Source of the DNA: an uncultured Candidatus Saccharibacteria bacterium
GTDB taxonomy: Bacteria; Patescibacteriota; Minisyncoccia; Phycocordibacterales; UBA2100
NCBI GenBank assembly: GCA_964594735.1
Contig: CAZQMS010000004.1
Span: 13,241-77,240, forward strand
Direction: 5' to 3'
DNA: 64,000 bases
Shown: piece after piece, positions 38,883-49,121 of the stretch
How the letters are laid out: the number at the start of each line of letters is the position of its first letter
Numbering within the stretch: position 1 is the stretch's first letter
The notes under the pieces: generated by a model
Databases searched by the model: none
Seen by the model: the letters and a program-made list of their open reading frames with translations, nothing else
Told to the model about the DNA's origin: nothing
Position numbers and translations under genes: made by a program

Positions 38883-39788
38883 ATGCATACCATCTCATCA
38901 CGCCAACTCTTCCTCCTCCTTTTTAGTCTCTTCGCGCTCCTCTTCGCGGCGAGCGCTCTGTTCGCATGGTCAGGTCCCTCCTCTTCCGCGCCAAACGGCA
39001 ACGCTGCAGCACCGGTGAACGTTGGAGTGGACGCTCAGATAAAGGACGGTCGTCTTGGCCTCGACGCGCTCGCGGTCTATGGTTCGCAGTACATACAGAG
39101 CAAGCTTGGCATTGGCTACGAATTGCCCGTCGTGGCACTCGACATCAACGGAAGTCTCAAACTCGGGAATGGGCGCGAAGTGTGCCAGGCGGTTTCCGCC
39201 GGTGGGCTGCGTTACAACAGCAGCGACGCGGTCGTCGAGTACTGCGATGGCGATGAGTGGACTCCACTCGGAGGTGGCACAGTTGGTCCCGTGCAGACGC
39301 AGACGTACACGAGTCCGGGTTCGCGAACGTTCACGGTTCCGGCATCATTCAATGTCTTGTTTGTGCACGTCGGCGGTGGTGGAGGTGGGGGTGGAGGTGG
39401 GGGTGGCGCAGGTGCCGGTGGCACTGGAACAGCCGGTCTACAGTCTTCCTTCGGTAGTGTGATTGCATACGGCGGCGGCGGCGGCTCAGGATGTCAGGCA
39501 AGGGGAGCAGTCCCCTATGGCGGCACCTCTGGAGCCGACGGCACCTCCACAGGCGGAGATGTCAACAGGGTAGGCGGCGGCGGGACGAGCGGGTCTCCTG
39601 GAAATTGTTCAACTTCAATCGCTGGTCGGGGAGGTGCAGGAGGAACAGCGATAAAAATCTACACCCCGACGACTTTGACGCCGGGCAGTCCGGTGAGTGT
39701 ATCTGTAGGCAGAGGCGGTTCGTTAGGGTCGAGTATCTATGGGGGTTCAGCTGGCGGCGCGGGTTTCGTGAGGATTTGGTGGCAGTAA
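38883..39788 (+). CDS. Glycine-rich secreted protein. Paralog of 1..820.
   Basis: Signal peptide. N-domain AWSGP...QIKDG.LG.DALAVYGSQYIQ...YCDGDEWT. RTFTVPASFNVLFVHVGGGGGGGGGGGG. Confidence 0.6.
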   Translation: MHTISSRQLFLLLFSLFALLFAASALFAWSGPSSSAPNGNAAAPVNVGVDAQIKDGRLGLDALAVYGSQYIQSKLGIGYELPVVALDINGSLKLGNGREVCQAVSAGGLRYNSSDAVVEYCDGDEWTPLGGGTVGPVQTQTYTSPGSRTFTVPASFNVLFVHVGGGGGGGGGGGGAGAGGTGTAGLQSSFGSVIAYGGGGGSGCQARGAVPYGGTSGADGTSTGGDVNRVGGGGTSGSPGNCSTSIAGRGGAGGTAIKIYTPTTLTPGSPVSVSVGRGGSLGSSIYGGSAGGAGFVRIWWQ

Positions 39789-39791
39789 TGT

Positions 39792-40172
39792 ATGCGACGT
39801 ATTCGCATCGATGCCACAGTAGCGTTTGCCGTCGCGGGGGCGTTGCTGCTCAGCGCGAGTCTCGTGTACGCGTGGACGGGGCCAGTCTCGCTGAGTACAT
39901 CCGTACCGGCGCCGGTTACTCTACTTTCTGAGGAACAGATTAAAGACGGCGCGCTCGGCGTCGACAGTCTCGCGGTATACGGCTCGCAGTACATTCAAGG
40001 CACGCTCGGCATCGGTGTCGCGTCGACAACTTTTGCAGTGGATGTCGCCGGCACGCTCCGACTTGGCAACGGGGGAGAGACCTGTGCCGCGGGCATGGCG
40101 GGGGCACTGCGGTACGAGAGCGCGTCGGCGCGCATACAGTACTGCGACGGCGACTCCTGGACAGCAATCTAG
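39792..40172 (+). CDS. Secreted protein comprising only the N-terminal domain of the glycine-rich family
   Basis: Clear similarity to residues ~25-125 of 38883..39788. Confidence 0.5.
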   Translation: MRRIRIDATVAFAVAGALLLSASLVYAWTGPVSLSTSVPAPVTLLSEEQIKDGALGVDSLAVYGSQYIQGTLGIGVASTTFAVDVAGTLRLGNGGETCAAGMAGALRYESASARIQYCDGDSWTAI

Positions 40173-40412
40173 CAGCCCGTCTCGCTTGACGGTCAAGACC
40201 ACTTTGTTACACTGCCCCCACGCACGCTCTGTGCGCCTGCCTGCTGGCAGGCAGGTATTCTTCCGCCTAATTTTCTTCGCGCGGCCTAGCGACCCGCACA
40301 GCAGCGAAGGAAGCTAAACGGAAAAATCCCAGGGCACCCAAACGCGTTGGCACAATTATTAGTGGTCTGTTAGCTAGTCCCTAACAGCTACAAGCTATAA
40401 GCTATTAATCAT

Positions 40413-41612
<1,200 letters not shown>

Positions 41613-41646
41613 CACCGATGCTTCGCTCCGCCAGCTGGCGGACCGC

Positions 41647-41697
41647 GAAGGCGGCAAGACAGTTGGAGCGGGCGTCGTGACCAAAATCACCGTCTAA
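41647..41697 (+). other. Duplicated 3' end of tuf (encodes [16 protein letters not shown]). It is preceded by the palindrome TCCGCCAGCTGGCGGACC at ~41627-41643.
   Basis: Compare the tuf end [18 protein letters not shown]-richer synonymous codons. Confidence 0.75.
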
Positions 41698-41756
41698 GCC
41701 AACGTTTCCCGTAGCCTCCCGCTGCACAGAAAACCCGCCAGCAATGGCGGGTTTTC

Positions 41757-42392
41757 TTATTCCGATTGAGAACGGAGAACGCCTTTTACAACTCCACAAA
41801 TCCGGAAGTTTTCACCTGTGGTAACCTCGATATCTTCGTATTTTTCCTCTGGATTAGTCGACTGAAGCAAGATGTGTTGGCGTTTCTCGTTGAAGAACAA
41901 TTTCTTCACCCGCTTTATCATTGGCATGTCTTCGTAAACCACGACGGCAATTTTCCCACTATCAACATCTGACTGAATATGTGCAAGTACAAGGTCACCT
42001 TCGTGAATCAACGGCTCCATCGATTGACCCTTGGCTTTTATTAAGAAGAAATGTGATGGGTGGGCGATACCGAACATCTTCGTGGCCATTGGGACCCGGT
42101 CGATAATGTCGTCTTCAGCAAAGGTTCCGTTGGGGCCACACTGAGCAGTGGCGCGATAAAGGTTTATGTAAGCGATGTCCGAAACCGGAGTCTTTAGTAT
42201 CCGATACTCTTTCGGCGCAACCTCGCGTACGAGCCCTTTCTTTTGGAGCTGATCTAAGTGGTGGGCGACTATCTGAGCCCGGTCGTCGATACCTAGAGCC
42301 GTTCCGATGTCACGTAAGGAAAGTTCACGTAGGTCGCCCTTTCGCTTTCGGATAAGATTAAGCAGTGCGTTCTGAGTAGGGTGGAGCCTCAT
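41757..42392 (-). CDS. lexA: LexA-like S24 peptidase repressor
   Basis: wHTH N-domain. S24 motifs (KGQSMEPLIHEGDLV, IKRVKK). Confidence 0.7.
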   Translation of the reverse strand: MRLHPTQNALLNLIRKRKGDLRELSLRDIGTALGIDDRAQIVAHHLDQLQKKGLVREVAPKEYRILKTPVSDIAYINLYRATAQCGPNGTFAEDDIIDRVPMATKMFGIAHPSHFFLIKAKGQSMEPLIHEGDLVLAHIQSDVDSGKIAVVVYEDMPMIKRVKKLFFNEKRQHILLQSTNPEEKYEDIEVTTGENFRICGVVKGVLRSQSE

Positions 42393-42779
42393 ATCATTAT
42401 TTTGGCTTAAAACCGACCCTATCACAACTTGCGTGTGTGGACAATGAAGCGTCGTCCAGGAAAACTTGACAAAAGAAGCGACCTCGATTATACTTACTGC
42501 AACACGACCCAACGCCCCTACGAGAGTTAGTGCGCTCGTGCCGTGATTATCAGACTAAGTCAAACACTCCATGAGTAAGGAATCCAAGACCTCTTTGAGG
42601 GGTCGAGATGCTCGAACAGGTGAGTTCACCACAGTCGAGAAAGCTCGCAATAACCCCGCCACTCACGTTGTCGAACGCGTCCCGAAGCCGGGACACGGCG
42701 ACACGGACTAACGTCATGCGATGAGCAGCGGCGACGCATGTCGCCGCTGCTTTGAGGATTAATATTATTGTAAAGAAAC

Positions 42780-43361
42780 ATGGCAAGAAAGTGTTTTATC
42801 TCCCTCAAAACGGAGGACATGCTTTATAAAGAAGCCATCCAGAAACTGGGTGTCGATATGGTCGATAAATCGCTCGATAATCCTATCGAGTCCGATGACG
42901 AGGATTACATCATGCGCCGCATACGCGACGAGAACCTTTCAGACTCTACGGTCACGATTTTTCTCATTGGTCAACGGAGTGCCGAGGCGCTCGGCGCACA
43001 CGAACAGAGGTTCATAAAGCGTGAACTCCAGGCCTCACTTTATGACGGAGAGAACAATCCGAGAAGTGGCATTCTTGGCGTGGTGCTCCCTTCGATGACA
43101 CAGGCGGTATTTCGCGGCTCAGGTGGTTGCAGTGGTTGCAGAGAGCACATTGGTATTGTTCACGCGAATGACAGTACCATGATTAAGGAGTTCCATAAGA
43201 ATTACTATACGAAAGACGACCAATGTCATCATGGGGAAGACGAGCGCTACTGTGTCCTTGTTTCTTGGGACGATTTCATCGTGGAACCAGAAAAATACAT
43301 CGAACAAGCGTATGCTAAAAGAGAACATCCCATCTCGCAGAGCGTCAGAGTTCGACCATAA
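42780..43361 (+). CDS. TIR-like domain protein (ThsB / DUF1863-like)
   Basis: Matches the ThsB-like pattern: N-terminal ARKCFISLKTED, then VTIFLIGQRSAE..RFIKRELQAS...GILGVVLP. Confidence 0.65.
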   Translation: MARKCFISLKTEDMLYKEAIQKLGVDMVDKSLDNPIESDDEDYIMRRIRDENLSDSTVTIFLIGQRSAEALGAHEQRFIKRELQASLYDGENNPRSGILGVVLPSMTQAVFRGSGGCSGCREHIGIVHANDSTMIKEFHKNYYTKDDQCHHGEDERYCVLVSWDDFIVEPEKYIEQAYAKREHPISQSVRVRP

Positions 43362-43362
43362 T

Positions 43363-43818
43363 ATGTCTGAAACACCTGGGATCGCAAATAATGAACCGAA
43401 TTCGGGCTATGGTCGCCTTGAGGAACAGATTCGCTGGTATGATCAAAAGTCCGTAAGTGCGCAGGCTTGGTACAAGAATACAAAATTTATTGAGATGGTT
43501 TGCGCCGTTGCGTTACCCCTGGCCGCCGTTTATGAATTCAATATCGTATCCGTTGGACTCGGCGCTATCATAGTGCTGCTTGAGAGCTTGCAGCACTTGA
43601 ATCAATGGTCTCAAAACTGGGTCATGTATCGTTCGACCTGCGAGGCTCTTCGTCACGAGAAATACGCATACATGGGACGCACGGGTATGTATGACGTGAA
43701 AAATGATGAAGAAGCAAAGAAGATTCTTGTTTCGCAGGTGGAAACACTTGTCTCAACCGAGCACTCAAAGTGGAATTCACGACAAGAGTACGAAACGCAT
43801 CGAGGGAATCGGGGCTAA
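43363..43818 (+). CDS. SLATT-like (DUF4231) 2-TM effector domain protein, translationally coupled to the TIR-like gene
   Basis: LEEQIRWYDQKSVSAQAWYKNTKFIEMVCAVALPLAAV followed by a second TM segment. ATG 1 nt after the upstream TAA. Confidence 0.6.
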   Translation: MSETPGIANNEPNSGYGRLEEQIRWYDQKSVSAQAWYKNTKFIEMVCAVALPLAAVYEFNIVSVGLGAIIVLLESLQHLNQWSQNWVMYRSTCEALRHEKYAYMGRTGMYDVKNDEEAKKILVSQVETLVSTEHSKWNSRQEYETHRGNRG

Positions 43819-43820
43819 GC

Positions 43821-43881
43821 GCAAAAAACGGCTTAAAAACCGCAAGAAATCAAAAGACCGCGGCGGTGGTATTGTGTGCCT
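43821..43881. repeat. Island repeat copy 1 (short form: AAAAAACGGCTTAAAAACC-GCAAGAAATCAAAAGACCGCGG + GGTGGTATTGT 5'UTR module)
   Basis: Seen in sequence. Confidence 0.8.
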
Positions 43882-44388
43882 ATGTCAGTCATTACGTACG
43901 TTGATGAAAACGATAACGTGATAGGGCAGGGGGAGCGCACTGATGCTCTAGCGAAAGGAATTATTCACCGCATCTCTCGCGTTTTCGTATTCAATTCTCA
44001 GGGGGAGATATTGATACAGAAGCGTTCCGCGAACATATCGCTTCCGAACTTATGGGACCAGTCGGCCGCCGGCCACGTAGACCCGGGCGAGGATTATATG
44101 TCTGCCGCCGAGCGTGAACTTCGCGAAGAAACAGGAATTCAGAACGTCCCACTGCGCGAACTCGTCAAATACTATGCGGAAGAAACGGATCAAGGTGTGA
44201 CGGCGAAACGATTCAGTACGCTGTACGTCGGGACATACGATGGCGATGTACATACCACCCCGGAAGAAGTCGCGGAGTTGCGCTGGATAACGCCTGACGA
44301 GCTTGCAGCATGGATGAGAGAAAAACCCCAGGATTTCACGCAAGGATTCATAAAGTGCTTTGAGCAATACCGCCAAAAAACGGCTTAA
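43882..44388 (+). CDS. Nudix hydrolase
   Basis: Nudix box GHVDPGEDYMSAAERELREETGI. The stop codon lies inside the next repeat copy (CGGCTTAA). Confidence 0.8.
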   Translation: MSVITYVDENDNVIGQGERTDALAKGIIHRISRVFVFNSQGEILIQKRSANISLPNLWDQSAAGHVDPGEDYMSAAERELREETGIQNVPLRELVKYYAEETDQGVTAKRFSTLYVGTYDGDVHTTPEEVAELRWITPDELAAWMREKPQDFTQGFIKCFEQYRQKTA

Positions 44389-44412
44389 AAACCCCAAGAA
44401 ATCAAAACGCTG
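44375..44412. repeat. Island repeat copy 2 (short form)
   Basis: CAAAAAACGGCTTAAAAACCCCAAGAAATCAAAACGC. Confidence 0.75.
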
Positions 44413-44522
44413 CACCGACGACACCCCTATATCCTTAAGGATGTGAGGATGTCGCGGCGGGTTTGACCTGCTCTGCATACGAATGTAGAGTCCCGCGCAG
44501 GAAGCAGCCCACGGAGGAGCAC

Positions 44523-44948
44523 ATGCTCGACATCAGGATCCCGTATGCCGTAGATCGCGCCATCGCGGTCGTTCGGAGTATCAGTGACGGTACGCTCAAC
44601 TACCCGCATCTCAAGCGACCCGTATGGAACGGACTGCGCATAACGCGGGTGACGCTGGTCGAAGTCGGCAGCAATTGGCAGCACGGCGGAGCCCAGCGCA
44701 ATGGCACCTGGGAGTTTCGAGCCACTGCCCAGGTCTTCGGCTCTCGCAACTACAACAATGAGGAGCTGCTCGCAGAAGTGCACCTCAAAGGCTGCACGAC
44801 GAAGCACGAGGAAGCCGCGATCACCGCCGATCATTCGAGCTGGCGACCGACGTTTGCCACGTACCTCGGCGTTGAAGGCGCAGGCGAAGGTCAATGGAAA
44901 GAGGGGTGGATCTCGGTGTCGAACCTCAACGGCACTCCGCTCCTCTGA
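44523..44948 (+). CDS. Hypothetical protein
   Basis: GGAGGAG ribosome-binding site before the ATG at 44523. Confidence 0.45.
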   Translation: MLDIRIPYAVDRAIAVVRSISDGTLNYPHLKRPVWNGLRITRVTLVEVGSNWQHGGAQRNGTWEFRATAQVFGSRNYNNEELLAEVHLKGCTTKHEEAAITADHSSWRPTFATYLGVEGAGEGQWKEGWISVSNLNGTPLL

Positions 44949-45005
44949 ACCAGCGAGAATATCTCGAAGCGGCCGCGAACTTCGCGGCCGTTATTGCTTT
45001 TCCAT

Positions 45006-45086
45006 CCAAAAAACGGCTTAATCCGCCAGCTGGCGGACCCCAAGAAATCAAAAGACCGCGGCGCGCCTGAGCGCCGCGGTCCTTTC
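45006..45086. repeat. Island repeat copy 3 (full form: AAAAAACGGCTTAA + TCCGCCAGCTGGCGGACC + CCAAGAAATCAAAAG + GC-hairpin terminator)
   Basis: Preceded by a separate terminator at 44970-45000. Confidence 0.85.
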
Positions 45087-45107
45087 TGCTTGGAACAGCC
45101 GGCTCGA

Positions 45108-46580
45108 TTACTGAACGTAAATCGAAACCGGGGGCTTGAACTCCGAGCACACACGGTGCGCATCATGCACGGGATGGTTGAGGAACCACTGCTCGAAGTC
45201 GTGGGGCATCTGCGCGTCGTCGACCTTCGGCATCACGTCGCCGATGACCATCTGACGGAGCACCGGACCCCACTTCCGTCCGCCGAGGCGGGCGGTCACG
45301 GAGCAGTTGTCGATCAGGTAGTCGATACCACGAACGTGCATGTACGGATTGAGCGAATCCGTGGCCTCGATGATCGTCTCGTTCACGATCTCGGACCAGC
45401 AGTGCCCGTTTTCGCGAAGCACTTCCACCTGCGCGAGCATCATCCCGATGTACGAACCAGAGGTGCGTGCATCGAGCGGGACTTCGACATTGCCCTTGCG
45501 GGCGGTCTCGCCGGTGCGCCACATCTGCGTACCGTCGACCTTGGTCCAGCCGAAACGCTCGATGGCGTTCGTTTGGTCGATGACGCTGCCGATCTCGCGT
45601 CCACTCTTCACCTCGTTGTAGATCTCGGTGACGATCGGAAGCGAGTGCCTGTAGGACAGGTAGACCGTCCGCAGGAACTCGGCGCGATTCGCGACAGGGA
45701 TCGCCTCGAGAATGCCGAGCAGGCCCTTCTCTGAGATGATCTTCGAGATCGGGCCGGTGATCGCCATCGCGCTACGCGCGAAGGCCTCGTGCGGAAGCAT
45801 CTGCTTGCCGATGTAGTAGTCGTTCATCGCTTCCGCCGTCGCCCAGACGCCGCCGAGCAGAATGTTGCGTTCGCCCGAGATGTCGCTGAGGTATTCCTTC
45901 TCCAGCGTCGTCTCGAACACGTACGGCGACCCGATGGCAATCGCCCAGCCCAGCGCGATGTTGCGGGCGCGGCCCGTCACGTCCTGCTGGATTGCGTAGC
46001 TCGCGTTGATGCCGGCACCGTTGACGCTCTTGCCCTGCACATACAGCGCACGAACGGACGGACCCATGCCCTTCGGGCACACAGCGACGACGTTGATGTC
46101 GTCGCGGAACTTCATGCCGACAATCTTCATGTAGCCGAGCACGAAGCCGTGCGAGAAGCCGAGCGTAGCGCCGGCCTTCATCGACCGCTGAATGCTGTCG
46201 ACGAGCTTGGACTGCGCCGCATCGTTGATGAGCGCGATGACGAGGTCGGAAGCTGACGCCACGTCGAACATGTCGCCGGCAGTGCCGTCATCCACGGTAA
46301 AGCCGCATTCCGCAGCTTTCGCGAATGACGAGCTGTTCTTGCGAAGTCCGACGACGACGCGGATACCGCGTCCGGCGAGCGATTCACGCAGATTCTGCGC
46401 CTGAGCGGGTCCTTGCGAACTCCAGCCCAGCACCGCTATCTGCGTGACGCCCTCGAAAGCCTGCGGCAACAGGTCGAACCTGTCACGGCCGCCGACGACC
46501 ACGTCTTCCGTCGTGCCGGCGAGCTCGATGCGTCTCACCCCGAACACGTTGTCTTGAGTCTGGGTCATGCTTGTCTCCAC
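45108..46580 (-). CDS. Ketol-acid reductoisomerase, class II (IlvC-like)
   Basis: GWSSQGPAQAQNL, LGFSHGF and VAVCPKGMG motifs. Length about 490 aa. Confidence 0.75.
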   Translation of the reverse strand: METSMTQTQDNVFGVRRIELAGTTEDVVVGGRDRFDLLPQAFEGVTQIAVLGWSSQGPAQAQNLRESLAGRGIRVVVGLRKNSSSFAKAAECGFTVDDGTAGDMFDVASASDLVIALINDAAQSKLVDSIQRSMKAGATLGFSHGFVLGYMKIVGMKFRDDINVVAVCPKGMGPSVRALYVQGKSVNGAGINASYAIQQDVTGRARNIALGWAIAIGSPYVFETTLEKEYLSDISGERNILLGGVWATAEAMNDYYIGKQMLPHEAFARSAMAITGPISKIISEKGLLGILEAIPVANRAEFLRTVYLSYRHSLPIVTEIYNEVKSGREIGSVIDQTNAIERFGWTKVDGTQMWRTGETARKGNVEVPLDARTSGSYIGMMLAQVEVLRENGHCWSEIVNETIIEATDSLNPYMHVRGIDYLIDNCSVTARLGGRKWGPVLRQMVIGDVMPKVDDAQMPHDFEQWFLNHPVHDAHRVCSEFKPPVSIYVQ

Positions 46581-46624
46581 CCATGTGTGTTGGCCCCAAT
46601 GCCAACCTGGCGAAACCCTACACT

Positions 46625-46730
46625 AGGGGCGCGGAAATCAAAAGTCCGAAAAAGGGCTTAAAAATTCATCCTGAGCACGTCGAAGGACCCCAAGAATTCA
46701 GGGTCGTAAAAATCAAAGACCGCGGCGATT
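46625..46730. repeat. Island repeat copy 4 (degenerate, with a different insert in the palindrome slot)
   Basis: AAAAAGGGCTTAAAAA...CCCCAAGAATTC...AAAATCAAAGACCGCGG. Confidence 0.6.
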
Positions 46731-46780
46731 GACCGGGAGGGGGAGCAAATGTAAGGTTTCGCAGGAAAGGGAGGTGGCGA

Positions 46781-47332
46781 ATGATTACCACCTGGGATTT
46801 GCGACACATCACCAAGCCGGAAATGCTGCGGATACTGAAGAACGTTCCGGGCTTCACCCTTGTCGAACAGGTGCCGTACGAAAAGCGCGAGATCGATCTC
46901 TCGGGCTTTGAGTGCGAGCATCCCAATCAGGCGCGCATGGTCCGACGTGAGCTCGAAGAGGCGACAACGGCATGTGAGGAGTTTCTGTCCGGCATCATCC
47001 TCACCGACTCGTTCAAGAACCACATTGAGCGGCGAATCTGGCGTCGTTCGATGGCCGACTACTTCGGCGGTGCCTTCGTTGACCTGTATCGTTCAAACAA
47101 GCTGCGGGTCAATACATTGTGCTGGGTCGATATCACATTCCAGACGATTGGTCAGGGGTTGAGGATATACAAGGTCTCCTCTGACCGTGCGGCAGCGATC
47201 CGTCAGCTTGTTGCGAATATGCCGAGCCTTCGTCAATACGAGGATTCCCTCGCCATCAATCAAAAGCTCGGGTTCGTCGCGGAGTACGACAAGGTCTGCC
47301 GTTCCTTCCTCGACATCGTTGCCAAACGATGA
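46781..47332 (+). CDS. Hypothetical protein
   Basis: GGGAGGTGG ribosome-binding site. Confidence 0.45.
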   Translation: MITTWDLRHITKPEMLRILKNVPGFTLVEQVPYEKREIDLSGFECEHPNQARMVRRELEEATTACEEFLSGIILTDSFKNHIERRIWRRSMADYFGGAFVDLYRSNKLRVNTLCWVDITFQTIGQGLRIYKVSSDRAAAIRQLVANMPSLRQYEDSLAINQKLGFVAEYDKVCRSFLDIVAKR

Positions 47333-47339
47333 ACACGAA

Positions 47340-47455
47340 ATACGAAACGGCCGCGCGAATGCGGCCGTTTTGCTTTGTATACAAAAAACGGCTTAATCCG
47401 CCAGCTGGCGGACCCCAAGAAATCAAAACCCCGCGGAATTGCCGCGGGGTTTCTT
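47340..47455. repeat. Island repeat copy 5 (terminator AACGGCCGCGCGAATGCGGCCGTTTTGCTTT + full form + terminator). Nearly identical to copy 10.
   Basis: About 90 nt are ~95% identical to 50166-50258. Confidence 0.85.
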
Positions 47456-47473
47456 CGTGCAATGCGTTTGCGG

Positions 47474-47956
47474 TCAGACTGTCTCCAGGTCCCACAGAAT
47501 CGAACGAATGTTGCCGGGGCTTCCGGTCAACAGGTAGTCGGCGACGGTGTAGGTTGGCAGCGGCTGGTAGCTCGTCAGCCATTTGCGCCACGCGGCCGAC
47601 GAATCGCCGAGCCGCTTTGTCAGCGCATAGTTCATTTGGGCCCAGAGGCAGACGCGGTCCCACATCACGGCGTTCTGCTTGTCGTAGAGCTCCACGTGAA
47701 TCTGCTTGCTAAGTTCGCCAGCACTTCCGATCGTCCAGCCCATCCAGTGCATGAAGCCGAACGCTTCGCCCCGAATCGGTTCGAAATCCCAAATCTTGGT
47801 GACAGCTTCGATCGCATCGTTGATCAGGTTGCGCTCGACCCAATCGAAGTTATACGCCGGTGTCGGCGTCGCTTTCGCGAACTGTGGTGCGCCCGCGACC
47901 ATGAGGCACGCGGCGGTTGAAAGCAAAAAGTGTCGGCGAATCACTTTCATCGTCAT
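47474..47956 (-). CDS. Secreted hypothetical protein (Tat-like RRHFLLS signal)
   Basis: Signal peptide at MTMKVIRRHFLLSTAACLMVAGA. Confidence 0.45.
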   Translation of the reverse strand: MTMKVIRRHFLLSTAACLMVAGAPQFAKATPTPAYNFDWVERNLINDAIEAVTKIWDFEPIRGEAFGFMHWMGWTIGSAGELSKQIHVELYDKQNAVMWDRVCLWAQMNYALTKRLGDSSAAWRKWLTSYQPLPTYTVADYLLTGSPGNIRSILWDLETV

Positions 47957-48030
47957 CCCTCCATCCGGCGGTACGGTTCGACCGTAGCGCTCTGTGCGCC
48001 ACACTACACGAACAAGAACTCAAATCAAAC

Positions 48031-48106
48031 GCTCAAAAAACGGCTTAATCCGCCAGCTGGCGGACCCCAAGAAATCAAAAGACCGCGGTGGTGGTATTGT
48101 ATTGTC
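48031..48106. repeat. Island repeat copy 6 (full form + GGTGGTATTGTATTGTC 5'UTR module ending at the ATG)
   Basis: Seen in sequence. Confidence 0.85.
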
Positions 48107-48607
48107 ATGAACGAGTCACTGCGTCCTGCGCCGAGAGAATCCGTAGATTTGTCGGAAGAAAAGCAGGAGCTACTGAAGCTGGAAGCGGAAGAGCGTTTCG
48201 TTTTTCATGGAACAGCAGCAGATGTCGATGCGCTCGAACCGAGGCAGGCTGTCGACAACGTGCGCGGTCCGGACGGCAACCCTGCGGTTTTTGCTTCTTC
48301 AAAGGCGGACTATGCGATTTTTATGGCCATATTCAACAAAGAGAACTGTCCGACAGGGACTAAAACAACAAGCGGCTTCACCATTGATGATGCGGGCACA
48401 ATAGAAATGAAATTTAGCGCTTCGAAAAGTACCTTGGAAACTCTACGTCCAGCAGCAGCGGGTTGGGTGTACGTGTTCGATAAGAGTAACTTTGCTGTGC
48501 GCCAGCCCGGGTCTGTCGAGTTCGTAAGTGAGAAACAGGTGCATCCACTGCGCAGGATTCGTGTCACGAAGCGTGATCTACCAGAAAACATACAAGCGAC
48601 GGACTAA
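48107..48607 (+). CDS. Hypothetical protein
   Basis: ATG directly after the conserved UTR module. Confidence 0.45.
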   Translation: MNESLRPAPRESVDLSEEKQELLKLEAEERFVFHGTAADVDALEPRQAVDNVRGPDGNPAVFASSKADYAIFMAIFNKENCPTGTKTTSGFTIDDAGTIEMKFSASKSTLETLRPAAAGWVYVFDKSNFAVRQPGSVEFVSEKQVHPLRRIRVTKRDLPENIQATD

Positions 48608-48649
48608 AATTTTAGGTGAGGGAAAGGTGTCAGGTACCATTCTTCAGCA

Positions 48650-48696
48650 GACGGCTTTAAAACCCCAAGAATTCTGGGCGATGGTATTGTTAAGGT
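48650..48696. repeat. Island repeat copy 7 (short form + GATGGTATTGTTAAGGT UTR module)
   Basis: Seen in sequence. Confidence 0.7.
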
Positions 48697-49029
48697 ATGA
48701 AGATTTCTTTGGATCAAACAGATGTACACGACCTTGGGGATTTCAAGGCGAGTTTCTATGTAAAAAAAGAAGACGGGCGTGGTTTCAACGCGCTCCTCGT
48801 CGACTGCGTTACTCGTCACTACAAAACTCGCCTTATAGGATCGACGCGAGGGTATCTGATATTAGATGGTGTGGGTACGTTTACAATCAACGGGGACGTT
48901 CAGCAGGCCAAGCAGCACGATCTTTTCCTAATCGGATCTGGCGACGAATATCGATACGAAGGAAAGATGAGACTTTTTGAATTCAACGTTCCTGCGACCG
49001 ATGCGGTAAACGAAGAGCGACTAGACTGA
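48697..49029 (+). CDS. Cupin domain protein
   Basis: Cupin beta-barrel motifs (LILDGVGTFTINGD...LFLIGSGDEYRYEG). Confidence 0.55.
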   Translation: MKISLDQTDVHDLGDFKASFYVKKEDGRGFNALLVDCVTRHYKTRLIGSTRGYLILDGVGTFTINGDVQQAKQHDLFLIGSGDEYRYEGKMRLFEFNVPATDAVNEERLD

Positions 49030-49030
49030 C

Positions 49031-49115
49031 TAAAAAAACGGCTTAATCCGCCAGCTGGCGGACCCCAAGAAATCAAAAGGCCGCGGCGCGCTACTCTGCG
49101 CCGCGGTCTTTTTCT
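49031..49115. repeat. Island repeat copy 8 (full form + terminator hairpin)
   Basis: Seen in sequence. Confidence 0.85.
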
Positions 49116-49121
49116 TCGGTT

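Noticed and set aside
40173-40412. tRNA genes upstream of tuf (as in many bacteria)
   Set aside because: No cloverleaf-compatible sequence or GTTCGAATCC-type T-arm was found. Only palindromes and short direct repeats are present.
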